From: Tubiluchus corallicola
Lineage: Eukaryota; Animalia; Priapulida
Assembly: GCA_030141605.1 (NCBI GenBank)
Contig: JAQGDQ010000109.1
Location: 124,001 to 188,000, forward strand
Length of the DNA: 64,000 bases
Direction: 5' to 3'
In this document: positions 1 to 14,198 of the stretch, in pieces
Position numbering within the stretch: the first letter of the stretch is position 1
Layout: the number at the start of each line of letters is the position of its first letter
Notes under the pieces: generated by a model
Told to the model about the DNA's origin: nothing
Database searches by the model: none
The model's input: only the letters and a program-made list of their open reading frames with translations
Made by a program: the position numbers and the translations under genes

Positions 1-1155
1 CCTGTAATTAGTTCTTTATAACTACGTAGGGCCTACCTTATGAGCAGTGTAAAAGCATGCAAAACTGGAAAACGTTTATTTGGCCAGTTGCAAACTTTTA
101 TTGCAATAGACCTAATCACTTAATTGATACTATCATGTAATATTACAGAGTGTACACTAATTTGCAGCTAGCTAGACCGTTACAAGAAAATGCAAAACAT
201 TGCATTAGCTATAGCAGACCTAAACTGTAGAATTCATTACCCCCCAAAGTAAAGTGCCAGTATATTATTTGCTGCTTCAAATCTCGAGTTAAACAATATC
301 TGTTTGCTAGTTAAGTAAATTGGTCTCGATAACTACCTATTATTCCTGTATGACACAGCAGTCACAAACTTGTGCTCTTTTTTGAGTATAACTTAAAGCG
401 CCTATTGAGCTCATTGAGCTGAATCTTCACAAGCTACTCTTCCTATCTTTTTCAACATTCTGTTATTCTGTTCTTGTTTTACACAATTAAACTGCCTAAA
501 ACATCGTTTTTTTTTTCTTTTTTTTTAAATTATTATATTGATGTGCTTACAGTGGCACAATACAAGCGCCCAAAAGCTTTTACTTCTGGTTCTAGCCATC
601 AATGATATATGCATGCTGTGTTATCATAATCATTAATATTAACTATATACTTTTTTCATTGTTTCCATAGATTGTATTGTATGACTGTATTTCCAAAAAC
701 AAATATATTACTAAAACCCCTTAGTTAGATAAAACACAAAAAAATCTTCTTGTAGTGTTGTAATATTGTATCACCTACATACTAACTTATTGTGCACAGG
801 ACTTGTGTTAGAGAAACGCTGTATAAAACTTGAATATCTAAACTACCACGATAACAATTAGGCACAGCTATTTTAACAATACGAAGTTTGCATCAAGTTA
901 GATAACACTGCGGAAAATTTGAAGAATAAATCATACGTAGCACTTTTTTCGCTAAGTATGTAAATATTTAACACCCAGCATATTACAATAATTTAAAGGG
1001 ACTGCCGAAACAAGGTCAGAAAGGGGTTCTAGAGTCTATTAGCTATGAATTACTAAAAAAACTTACCGTACAAATGTTGACTAGAAACCCACGTTTACTG
1101 ACTTTTAATCAACAGTTAAATTTAAAGGGAGTTAGGCTATGAAGAAGTGTTTATC

Positions 1156-1217
1156 AACTAGGATTCGAGCCTGTAATCTTGTGGCATTTCATCACACGCT
1201 CTATTTATTTGAGCTAT
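1156..1217 (-). mobile_element. tRNA-derived SINE head remnant
   Basis: Minus strand reads GATAGCTCAAATAAATAGAGCG...AGGCTCGAATCCTAG, a degenerate Pol III A box and B box at tRNA-like spacing. There is no intact cloverleaf. Confidence 0.45.
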
Positions 1218-2152
1218 CAATTTACATGGCTAAGGCAGGTCTGAATTCTATACAAGTCAGCAGGTAATCCGTCAGAAATAATTTTTAGCTGTCCATGAAG
1301 CTTTAACTCTTTTGGTTACAGCAATTACAATAATGTGGTTTGCAAAGAACAGAGAGGAAATCGAAGAAAACTAACTAACCAACATCTAGCAAATGTGTTT
1401 TCTTTTAACCGAAACGACTTTGAATCTATTTGAAAAAATCATTTTTTCTTTCTGGTAGTTCTTACTAAGCTTTGAATTTTGAACAAAATATTTGACTTTG
1501 TAAAACAGCGTATTGATACACATAAGTGTTTTTTAAAATCATTTAGACTGACGCTGAATTACGCATACATTATTATGCGTATAATACGTCATATTTTCAA
1601 CTCGTACTTTTGCTAAACAGCACACTTGTGTGAATGTTGCTAAACAAGTCGAACACATTTATTTGCTGTTTGCTAAAGCAAATTTTCAAACAAATTGTTC
1701 ACAAAGAAACACAGGTGATGAAAAGACATGATGTAATGTAATGATTGCATGGACTCAAACACACATTCATTCTAGAGTTGGCAATCAGGAGATGAGAAGC
1801 TATTGTGAAGCCGTTAGTCATTCATATGTTTGCAAACATGTGATGTTGATTGGCAGTGATCTCAAGGTTGTCTTTGCATAAGCCGGAGCCTCTAGAGTGA
1901 TTGTGGATGTACGGACAAGCTAAAGTGGAGCAAATACAGGAACTTTGGTTCTGCTGGAACTCGAAGTCTGAACGATGTCGCGTGACAAAATTACTTTCAG
2001 TTGCTAATGAATTGACCCACATTTTGTCACAGCTCGTCAGCTGGGAGCATTTACTGTGTGGATATTTCTTTTTCTACAAGAAATGTCTTTTTCTACAAGA
2101 TTTAGATTTAGATTTTGGAAGGAGCCTACAATACACCATACAGTTTAAATAC

Positions 2153-2223
2153 TCTAACCCTAACACTAATCCTAATCCAACCATAACCCTAACCCCAACC
2201 CTAATCCTAACTCTAACCCTAAT
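2153..2223. repeat. degenerate (CTAACC/CTAATC)n hexamer tract
   Basis: About 11 imperfect hexamer units. Similar short tracts occur at about 50148-50166 and 62596-62663. Confidence 0.7.
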
Positions 2224-3244
2224 CTGTTTCACGAACTAATTTCTTGTGTGTAGGAATTGTAAATTGTAGCCTAGATTTTTTTATTTGGCGGATTTGTACA
2301 AACGTACACAATATACACATTGTCAAATTATAAACACACATTTCAAAACAGCAATAACAGTAATACGCTGACGAAGAGTTAGTACAAACCAACCTCGGCA
2401 TTAGGAAGAGCGTAAGTGCAGAGGTAATCTATTAGTTAGCGAATACGTTAAAAAACAAAACATGAAAAATGGCATAAAGCACATAAATTAAATACAAGTA
2501 GATTCAAACTGATTATACAGTTGCATATGATATGCAGGAAGCTACAATTTTAGAAGCCTTTTCAATCACACAGGTTTTTCAAACAGCCAAACGTAATGCT
2601 AAATATATAACTTTTTATGGAAATTTCGTTGGGATATACTTTAAAATTCCGTTTTTGTTCCCTTTAAATGGTACGCTTGTCTACATCACCAAAACCCACA
2701 TTATTACTGTTGTAGTAATTTATATAACTATACAGAAAATTGAGCCTACACTTCAAACTAGTACGTACTGATAAACCACAGTTGTTCTCATAGCCTACAC
2801 GCAAGTTGGCGTGCTACTGATATCACTTCACGTTATAAATGCGTAAATTACCGACATAGCCTACGACAGCGCAGTGCTTTTCAACTGCCAAGTGTTGCTT
2901 CTGCGGTTATTTTTGAATATTTTATCATGCAAATTTTCTTTGTCACGACATTTCCCGCTTCATCAGCTCGCCGCGGCGGCAAAAGTTACATCACGTGACG
3001 ACTTGTACGGTCGCTCAAAAGTTGGCTACAAAGCGAGAAGTGGCGGGAAGCCTTTCGTAAACAAATTCAATTATTAATTGTTGTTACACGGCTGTCAGGC
3101 TTTTATGAGATACGTAATACAATTATGATAAAAACAATCATATAAAGAAGACAACCAGCTCTGATTAGTTGACAATTAGTAATTTCATTAGCAGTTAGTT
3201 CTAAACAATGATGATAAGCCGAGTTATTTAAACAAAAAAAACAA

Positions 3245-3975
3245 TTATTTATTATTATTATTTATTTTATTTCAGGCCATACAACAAGAATAAAAATAAG
3301 GCACAAGTAAAAACACAGACTTAGTTTACAGAAACATAGTAAGCTTACACAAGAAAGGGTTAGTTAAAATGGGTATATAAAATTCTTTGTCGCGATTTAA
3401 TCATGTCCGTTCCAAAAATTGTATCAGTATTGTACAGCAAGATATTAGTAACAGAGTAACAGTATCTGACTCAAAACAGCCTTCTTCTGAGATTAAACAC
3501 ACCTTTCCTACGTATGCAGGAAAAACTAGGTACCTTGTAGCTAAGATAGTTAAGATGACTAGAACTACAGCGACTAGGAACATTAAAGAGTCCTGTAATG
3601 GCATTATTATATGTAATACGCATTATTTCAATATTTCCTTTGTCATGATTAAACCAGAGACTAATGCAATAAAACTGTGTACAAAACGCTACAAAAAGTT
3701 TTCTCTTAACATTGACAGGATACTTTTTGAACCTCCTAATACCTACAATTGGCTCTCGTGCATAATAAACCGCGTTGATGTCTAACATCAAGATCATCCT
3801 GCAATATGTTGGTCAAGGTGTGACCCAAATATTTCTGGTCATGAATAATTTTAACAGCCGAATCATTTAAAATCACGCTAGGCCACAAGAGATAAGCATA
3901 TCTTTTGGGTATGCGACATAAGCATTTGCTTTTATGAAAATTGTAACTAATATCATTTTCTAAAGCGTTAGTATC
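3245..3975 (-). mobile_element. 5'-truncated non-LTR retrotransposon (LINE, RTE-X/L2-like) reverse transcriptase C-terminus and 3' tail
   Basis: Minus-strand translation with a frameshift: ENDISYNFHKSKC...KYLGHTLTNILQDDLDVRHQRG...IRRFKKYPVNVKRKLFVAFCTQFYCISLW...RITYNNAITGLFNVPSRCSSS. It ends in CTGAAATAAA followed by a (TAA)n-like tail. Confidence 0.8.
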
Positions 3976-6075
3976 TAAATTATAACCGTTAGTAAATTAA
4001 CGTTTATTAAGCTTTATTAAGTCATGGTGTTTTAACAGTTTGATTTGAGATAGGTCTGTTCACATAGGTACGTTCATTGTGTTACGTTTTGCCAAGAACT
4101 TTGCACATTATCACGTACGGTTCCTTGGATCCTCGCCTGCACGGGATATACCTAAACTTATCCACATTTAACCAGTAACAGAAAAAAGAAACAATAGCCC
4201 TATTTAATTGATCTCAACAAATCTATGTAAACCTTTGCTTTCCAGTAAGTTTATTTTTAGTTCGTTTATTAATTGCGTGAGCTAAAAATGGATGTTAAAA
4301 GGTGTAGAAATTACACCTGGAGTATGGATCACAAATGGTGCTGATAATGATTGTGATATTGCATGTGCCGGATGCACAGTCATTAGCATCAGCAAGTAAC
4401 TACAGAGGTGTATAATAATCGCCTATGATTGATGTTAGTGTTTCCAACACAACAAGCACTTGGTCTTGCCTTAGGTATTAAGAAGGTGGCTTCTCTTTTG
4501 CTCTCACAGCTCATTAAGGCATTTTCAAATTAGTCTTGCTCTGTAGTCTGTTCTGTACACTATTCTTCTCTTAGCTTGGTTTTTTTACGGTTTTAATAGG
4601 TTTTACTCTAACCTAAAATGCAATATATTGCTATTTAATCTAATAATCACTATACTATGCATATATATATAACTATACCTATCACTTTTTGTGTATTTTC
4701 AATATTTTTTCATATACGTTTTTACTTTCTCCTCATACCCGGGGTGCTTAACACAAGCACACTCACTTCTTAGACATCCCACTTACTTGTCTTTATAGGT
4801 TTGATGCTTTTTATAAACAGTTGTTCGACATGTATGTAATATGTGTATCTATTAAACTATAAAACAACCTTACATGGATCCAGTTTTAAGTTTGTGATTT
4901 TATTTCAACAGTAGTGTACTGCGTTTCTCTAAATGTACTGTTGCTTTCAGGTATTTCTGTTTTACTTTCTCACACCTTCATTCACATTTGATTAAAAATT
5001 CAATCTATACTTACCTTAATAATTTTATCAATTTTTGCGCATTCTGAACAGTGCTGTTTAACAATCAATTCATGTCTACTCTAATCGCATTGTAAATTTT
5101 TGGTAAAGTTTTTGTAAATTTAAAGCTTTCTTAGCAATTTTTTTAAACAGTCACTTTGCAGTAAGCAGCATAAATTACAATCGATAAAAGAAGTAAAAAA
5201 AATATTTACTATTTTTCTACGCAACTGTTTACGAAATGTGGTATATTTATTTTAAGCTTAGATTAAAACTGATGACTATTTTTATGGTCTCAGGCGATTC
5301 TTTAATTAAGATAAGGTGGCATTTACAGTAAATAAACACTAAAATTTATAAAATTTAATTCAACTGACTAAGTTCATCACTCATTATTTAGACGATAAAA
5401 CCAAAGGTAGCTCTTTCACAATTAACTAATGGTACTACTGACTAATTTAAACGTGTAGATTCTTATACTAGGAATCTTACATTTATTTATTACTTCAAGA
5501 AGTAATAGTCGATCTTCATTCTAATGGTGCGTTCAGAAGTAGAAACTTCTATTGCAACTTGTTGCGAAACTTCTCTCTGAGAGAAGTTGAAAAGCCGTTC
5601 ACACGTAGCGAACAAGTTGCGAGAGAATTTTCCAAGCTGTTCACACGTCACACGTTGGAACAACTTGCGAGAGAATACGTCAAAATACGCCATAAGACTT
5701 GCCATGACTGTTGTAAATAAATAAAACTGATAAAATTGAATTAAACTGACGGATCTAAAAAGATAATGGTTTACGAAAACTTTCTCGAGCAAATCGTGCT
5801 TCTAATTAACCCCATCTGGCATCTGTACGTCTTAAAAAGCAAGACTCCATGTTAACTTCAAATATAAATCTGGCACGTTATTTTTGTATTGTATTTTGGG
5901 GAGAATCTCTGTATCAGTTATAATGAACTGTTTGTTTCAAGCCAAATAAAACTATGTTTAAAATAAAAATAAGAAGCAGAACACGAAACAAAATGCCTTG
6001 AATAAAGCACACTGCGGCTTTTTAAAATTTAATTAAGACGTCACTACACTTATCATCAATTCTAATTGTTCTTAC

Positions 6076-6215
6076 CTGTGTTTTCCAGCTTCCCACCTGA
6101 GAGTTCTAGTTTCTCGCGTTTCTCTCGTGTTGATTCACACACAGACCTGGACGCATGAAACCAACGCACAATCACGTATAGAAGAGCTTGCGTAGTAGAA
6201 CCATGCTTATATAAA
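6076..6215 (-). promoter_or_regulatory. putative TATA promoter and non-coding first exon of an unresolved minus-strand gene
   Basis: TATATAAG on the minus strand at about 6206-6213, a consensus donor CAG|GTAAG at 6076/6075, and CRE-like TGACG half sites nearby. No coding exon was identified downstream. Confidence 0.35.
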
Positions 6216-6390
6216 GAGCAGTAAAATTTATGAAGTGCTTATGCGTAATCTGCTCCAACGTCAGAAACGCGTCAAGAAAAAGTTATAGTGTTGATAAGTT
6301 ACTTATATTGAAGCTAAGAGTTTTTTCAACATTTCTACTTGCCATGGCTTTCCCGAACCTTTCCCTTCCTCTAACGCTCTGACAAATTTA

Positions 6391-6650
6391 TCAGTAGTCA
6401 GTCGGTCAGTAAGTATGTCAATCAATCAGTCAGTCAGTCAGTAAGTATGTCAGTCAATCAGTCAGTCAGTCAGCCAGCCAATCAGTCAATCGGTCAGGCA
6501 GTCAGGCAGTCAATCAGTCAATCAATTAGACAGCAGTCAGAAAACCTATTAGTTGTTATTTAATCAGTAAGTTAGTCAGTGGGCTTGTTAGTTAATAGTC
6601 ATCCAGCTAGTTAGCTAGACAGAAAAAGAGTCAGTCAGTCAGTCAGTCAA
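6391..6650. repeat. degenerate (CAGT)n microsatellite
   Basis: Runs of cagt/caat/cagc tetramers. Confidence 0.8.
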
Positions 6651-7221
6651 CCAGCAGAGCGACTACCAATCAACCAAGCAACCGTTCACAAACAAGCTAC
6701 ATAATAAGTCTACAACAAATCAATTGATATTCCTGTCTTTCTTCTTTTCTCTCTTTCTCTCTTTCATTCTCAGTCTTATCACTCTGTCTTCTTGCAACTT
6801 TGTTCCAGTTAGATAATAATTAAGATGATTATCGTCACTTTTAGGCAATAACTGTAATGTGTTTTGACGTGTTTTATGATTATTCTCATGAAATAAAAGT
6901 TAAAAATTTCCCATACATGAAAATCTTGAAATACCAACATAACAAAGTCTGCTTTGTTATCTATTACTTACTGTAGGCCTGCAAGCTACAGCAAGACTTG
7001 ACTTAAACACTAAATATTTTAGTATATCTGGACACTCATTGGGCAACTTCGCCCAAAAATTTGGTGATGAAAAGGATACGAGTTCCAACCTTGTGTATGT
7101 ACCTTTTTTACTGTTAGTGACTAAAATGTTGTGCCTCTTTATAGTTTTACAAAATACGAATTTTTCTCTGCTTCGTCAATCCGAATTTGTAAATCAATTA
7201 ATAATTTTTTGTTGGTAATTT

Positions 7222-7425
<204 letters not shown>

Positions 7426-8086
7426 CTCACATTCTTTCCAAGATTTTCAAGATTCCAGTGCCGTGCATCTTTGCTCCCTCACTTCCTTCTCCAAAAGCAG
7501 TTCAAAAAGTACATTGTGCTTGTTTTTCTCGTATTTTGTATTTGGCGTCTCCAAAACACAAGCAACTGCTGATTATAAAACAAATATGCCTGTCTGTTGA
7601 GCATACGAAATTAAATGTAATGATTTTTTTATTACATTGTGCTGCCAAAGTTATTGAATTCTGCTTCAGCACTATTATATGATCGGCAAGCATATTAGCC
7701 ATATCGTGACTCCGCCTACATCCAGTCTAGTAGTGATTCACAATGATTGCCCAACCACGCTGGGCACCAAAGTAATATTTCTTTCTCTTTTATGTCTTTG
7801 CGAATGAAGTTTTGCTAATAGCAAAGCAAATATTATTGCTAGCAGGTCTAATGATCGAATAATTTATTGTCTTCCTGCTACACCTACAACATTCTGAGAG
7901 TGGAAAGTTTACCTGAGCATGTACGGTGCGTGAATGCGTAAACGGGTGTGCGTGAAAGCGTGCGTGCGTACGCACGATCAAATGCACAAACTGATAGTGT
8001 AGAAAATTTTCCTTGTGTTCGTTCCACACTAACATCCCAGACGTATTGTTAGTGCTTCTAAATAAAGAAAACACAGTGACAGAGAC

Positions 8087-8286
<200 letters not shown>

Positions 8287-8416
8287 AAGGAGGGAGACAA
8301 ACAAACAGAGAGACATAGATATGTTTTCATAATAATAATAATAATAATAATGAATCTTTATTCAAAAAAGAACATGTGTAAAAAAGGTGTCTCTTTCTAG
8401 GCTCAGATTAACGATT

Positions 8417-8458
<42 letters not shown>

Positions 8459-8471
8459 GAGAGAGAGAGAG
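8417..8471. repeat. (GA)n microsatellite
   Basis: Directly visible. Confidence 0.95.
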
Positions 8472-9500
8472 TAAAAAATCAAGAAGAAATGTGGAGCGGC
8501 AAACTAAAAGAAAAAAACCGAAAAAGGAAAGAGCATAAAAGTAATGAATAATGAAAAATGATAAATCATCGGCAAAAATCTTAAAAATCAATATATCAAA
8601 TACTTTGTATTCAGGTGAGCATATTAATAAAGGTTACCTCTTGTACTTAAGTTTGTGTACATAAAACTTGAAAAACTGCGGCAGTTAAAAGAAACAAAAA
8701 ACACAGGGCGGCTTTGTCGCCACATCAAAGCGGCAAGGTACATAAAAACAACGGCGGCGACAACGATAATAAAGATGATGACGACGACAACAACGTTTTG
8801 ACCACAGTTTAGGATTAGGTTTTCTTTTAATCTTTTTCACAGTATATAGTTTATTGTTTCTTTTATTAAAACCATCACTAGGTTTGCGATGTGTTGCAAT
8901 GGACGATCATAATTGTATCGCAAAATTTGTCGGTTTTTGTCAACACTCAATGCGAACGCTGTTGGCTGAACTGTAAAAAGGCTCACTATGCAGACAATGG
9001 GAATAAGTTTATAAGATTAAGTCAACAACACATATACCTTATACATACATATGTACAATAAAACATTGCATAAACCGCTAAAGGCTAAAGACTGATACAT
9101 GGAATCGCCATTACCGGGTTTATGACAAAAGAAGATTACCGTGACGCAACACCGCCTATACGCCTGGAATGAAAATTTACAATTCGTAAAGAATTATGTC
9201 GCTAAATGTTAATGAGTGTCCATTTTTTGTCCTTTTGTGCGTTTGTCTGGAACGTGTCGTAGACAAAAGGTTGGTGCGCAAGTTTAAGTTATCACTAAAT
9301 TAATGATGTTATTTTGATTGACGCATTCAATCAAATTTGTAGGTGCATGATGTGTACAATAAAATGAGAAAGTATAAGAAGCCTTGTTCATCTCAAATAC
9401 CAAATCTGAGTCTTTGCTTTCCGAGTTGCTTTTTGTTATAATTAAAATTTTATGTTGCGTTATTTTACAAGTTTGGTACAAGTTAATAATAAAACAAAAT

Positions 9501-9575
9501 AAGAAAAGAGATTTATTCAGATAACCTGATTGAGCAAACCACGTTTAAAACAATTTTCTGATTGGTGGTTGCTGT
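9501..9575 (-). mobile_element. retroposon 3'-end remnant (inverted copy of 10891-10968)
   Basis: AAGAAAAG..TTTATTC.GATAA.CTGATTGAG...CTGATTGGTGGTT matches the reverse complement of 10891-10968. Confidence 0.55.
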
Positions 9576-10890
9576 AACTTAATGTTAAGACAAATACAAG
9601 TAAATACAAGCAAAGACACAAAAATCATACCAGAATACAATCGCAAAAAGAACTTAAAATAAGCAAAAACTTAGTAAAGTTAAAAAAATGGAGAAATAAA
9701 AATTCAAGCAATTGAAAAATAATATCATATAATTAGTGTAGTAAAAAGCAAAATATAAAAGAAAATTAAAGCAATAATGGAAATATTTACTTTGAAAATC
9801 CAAACATTAAAAATCTAAAATGAAGCTAAGATTACAACAACAAAAAAACTAAGAAACAAAAAGCAAAAAGCTTAGACACGTTAAGAAAAATAAAAAAAAA
9901 TATGAAACAACAGCTAATATAAATCAAAGTAAATAGTATAATCTTGATGTCAAGTTTATTATTAATGATCAAACAAATCTACTATTAATTAAATTTTGAC
10001 ACCAAACTTAAGAGACAGGAAATCTGAAAAACATGGAATGCAGCGCGAACTTGAAATAGGGACTTTCCATTTACACGACTAGGCCAACGTATTCCCTACT
10101 GATCAAGGCAGTCAAACGTTCAAAACGGAAAAAATTGATGAAATTAATAAACATTGATTTTTGTGTTTTTTATGCTTTTTTCTTTCTGCTAAATATACTA
10201 CGGTGGTGGGCTCAAACATCATGACTTTCGTCTTTGTAGTATGAAAATCACAAGCAATTTACCGTCTAACTAATTAGCTGCAATGCTTTAGCTAACTTTT
10301 CACCAATGAATTTATAGTTTAGCAATTAAAACATGTGTGCACGAGTACGTTAAGCACAGGAAAAATTCAGCGATAAATTTCGACTCCCGTGATTTTTTCG
10401 ACACTTTACACACGTACCATCTTCGAATGACCTTTGGCGAGTAATTTCAAACTACTATAGATGTTCACACAAACCCCAAGCAAAACAAGTATCGCTTTTG
10501 GAAGCGCTTTCAATCTGACAGCAATTTGTCTGCAGCTCCATCGAGTTACTTACACGATCAATTTGTGGCACTGTGAAAGAAGAGAAGGCGAAAAATACTC
10601 GCAAGACGAAAATCAGCTGAGAGGGATCTAAAACACAAGCACCTCGGATAATTTGTGGTTAGATAGAGTTAGTAATGAAACTAATTAACGCAGCCATACT
10701 AATTTATTAAATATTCAAATAAAAAACGGGTTTTCGTTTTTTTCTTAACTGGTAATGGACTTGTTAAATCTTAGCTTTCTTCTTTTCTGTGTTTTTGCTC
10801 ATTTTCTTTATGTATTAAATCACACAATGCTTGTATGTTTGTAAATTTTGTGTGTCCCTACATGTAGTTATTTCTCTTAATTTTAAATTA

Positions 10891-10966
10891 TTGTAACCAC
10901 CAATCAGGACCCAATTGCAAATGAACGTATCTCAATCAAGTTTATCAGAATAAACACCTTTTCTTT

Positions 10967-10968
<2 letters not shown>
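10891..10968 (+). mobile_element. retroposon (CR1/L2-like or SINE) 3' end running into a microsatellite tail
   Basis: ACCACCAATCAG...CTCAATCAAGTTTATCAGAATAAA is followed directly by (CTTA)n. A second, inverted copy lies at 9501-9575. Confidence 0.5.
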
Positions 10969-11488
<520 letters not shown>

Positions 11489-11751
11489 TTCTAATAGAAA
11501 AAAACAAAGAATTTTTGAAACCTAAAGGGCATTCTAAGTCTCTGACAAAGTCTAAGTCAAATATCAGAAATGCACTATCTTATTTTCAAAAAAACCGAAG
11601 CCTTCACAGTAAATGCGTAAACTCGCAAACCATAGCAAAGTTGACCGCCACTCTTAGTCGTTAGTTTTCTTCTTGTTCTCCTTTTCCTTCTTTTATTTCC
11701 AGGTGTTTTTACCTCTGTATTTCGTTTAATGTTATTCTTGCCACGTTATTC

Positions 11752-11795
11752 CCTCGCTCGCTCTCTTTCCCTCTCATTCGAGCTCTCTCTTTCTC

Positions 11796-11838
<43 letters not shown>

Positions 11839-11925
11839 TCTCTCCTCTCTCCCTCTCACTCTCTTTCTCTGTCTTTCTTTCTTTCTTTCTCTCTCTCTCT
11901 CTTTCTCTCTCTGTACGTCTCTCTT
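11752..11925. repeat. imperfect (TC)n microsatellite
   Basis: Directly visible. Confidence 0.9.
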
Positions 11926-12464
11926 TCCATCAATAACTTACAACGGAATTGGTTACATATTAGTCAATATTAGACCATTAGATAATATGTCACAAATGGT
12001 CAATTTCCTCTAAAAAAAGAATCGTTTGTACTTGCCTATAGATATTAGACCAGAAGATGTACATCAAGATAATTATTATTATACGACTGCAGCAAAAACA
12101 AACATATTTAAGTCTTCACTGGAGAAGTCTCATGTTGTTGCCTGGCTACAACATCTCACTTATAAAATATCAGTACCAATTACAATAAGCGTTTCGTCTT
12201 ACAGCAAATCAAAACAGCCATTTGTAGCTCGAAACAAAATAATAATGTTACCATCCCGTCGGGAAATGACCACACAAGCGCAAATTATTGAACCTAAAAT
12301 GTGATTTAGAAAATTTTTCTGTGATATTTTCATTGTTTCAGTCTTGAATGTGCTTTTGTTTTAATCAACGCATTTGAAATTGCTTTGCCATTTGTCATTA
12401 TTACATTTCGGTGCTGTTGAAATTTGGAACGTAACAACAGGAACATGTAAAGTGCAAATTGGCA

Positions 12465-12511
12465 AATGAATGAATGAATGAATGAATGAATGAATGAATG
12501 AATGAATGAAT
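12465..12511. repeat. (GAAT)n microsatellite
   Basis: About 11 units. Confidence 0.95.
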
Positions 12512-13536
12512 GGTTACTTTCTATGCTCTACAACCTAGATGGCTACGATGCCGCTTCTTGGTGAAGTGTTATGTTCTTAATCATCTCAGTTAATTATGCT
12601 CTGTCGGCGAGTGCTTGATTCCCTATTCCACAGTGCCGACATGTATTAAAAAGACTGTTTTCTTGGAAAATGGCAGAACGAGACATGAAGTTGAAAAGCA
12701 GTTAAGCAAAAAGGCAAACAAAGCAAACATGAACAGATAAACTTCAGTTTAATAGTTTAATTTCAAACAAAAATTTAAAAGAAAGGAAGGAAATGTAATG
12801 CATTTTAACAGAGTTAAGTCCTGTCACTGGTGGTGCTGTTATATGAAATGTTCCTCAGTTCTTGAATACACCGCATGGTATATCGTAAACGACCCGACAT
12901 ATTTACGGGGCCAGATTATCCTATAGGCTTTAGCCAAGGGCCCTTCAAGCTTGGTGTGTCCTCAAGATTTGGTAAATTCTGTTTTTACCTGCTTTTTTTC
13001 ACTACGGCTGTGCTAACTATTGCAATAAATAGTAAAAAAATTATATTTCTTAAAAAATGTTTTTATTGACAAACAAAAGATAGCTATACTAGTTTATTTA
13101 AATAATTTGCAATACGTTTACTTCAAGCTATGTAAATGTCGCAAAAATACCGTATATCACAAGTAAAAACTATTAAAGATGGGTGCGGGTGAGTTGGAGG
13201 GTGGATCCATTTGATGGGGGCCCATAATTTCATTAGCCTATGTCCCCAAAAGGCCATTCGGATCATGCATGGATATACAGTAGTAAAGCAAACCACACAA
13301 TGATTAAGCTATCGTTACAAAAAAAACATCACTTCGTTCACTGGCAACAAACTTTTACAGGTTACTGTAAAACATTCAAAATTTTTATACCATCAACAAC
13401 CTGGAGAAGTTTGCAGTTAGTAAACAAAATTTCGTTTTTCTTGTTTTAAAAACTTAAAACTTATGTGTTGTTTGTTGTTGTATTGATTAAAATGTCAGAC
13501 GAAATGCTCCTGTTTAATATAACAAAGATTTACGAA

Positions 13537-13803
13537 CAGTGCCGGATTTAGGTATAAGATAATTAAGCTTCAGCTTAGGACCTCACAATCTGCATGGGGC
13601 CCCAAGAAGATTCCGGGTTTTATACTCATTTTATAATTAAATACAATTAACTAATATTTTACTCCTAAAATAATTTGTATTGTGGACCTTGGTATTAAAT
13701 AATAAAACACACACACGCACACACATGTTATATATATATATATAAGAAAGAGGGCCTAAGGACTTTATAACTTAGGGCCTCACTGAGTATAAATCCGGCA
13801 CTA
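13537..13803. mobile_element. hAT-type MITE
   Basis: TIRs CAGTGCCGGATTTA and TAAATCCGGCACTA (13/14 match), internal GGGCC subterminal motifs, and flanking 8-mers TTTACGAA / TTCACAAA (6/8, a decayed TSD). Confidence 0.8.
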
Positions 13804-14198
13804 TTCACAAACAAAGAAAAATAATCAAAAAATAAACTTGTGTCAGTTAAATTCTTTTGAATACTAACTTTCACACTAAAATAATCAGATTTCAGAATTA
13901 TAAAATTGTTGGCGTGGGAGTAATGAAAAATATGTAACATATGAAACTGTTCATAATCATACACTTCCTACACACGAAGCCCTAGCAAGTCGCGCTCGCG
14001 TCTAATAGATCAGCGCTTATATTACCTGCATAATGAAACCCTTGCGGCGCCTAGGAACACCTGCATTTTGTCCATTGTTGTCCAGCTCATCATCATGTTC
14101 GAAATGTAAAAATGTCTGAATAGTTTATTTGGCAATACAAGCTTATGGTTTCTAAATTTAAAGTTCTTGTAAAAGAGACAGTAAATCTTTGTACTTAC

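Noticed and set aside
2153-2223. CTAACC repeats as an interstitial telomere
   Set aside because: The tract is short, degenerate and recurs at several places, so it is more likely part of a dispersed repeat.
12875-13271. Second GGGCCC-rich hAT-like MITE
   Set aside because: A left TIR-like sequence is present, but no convincing right TIR or TSD.
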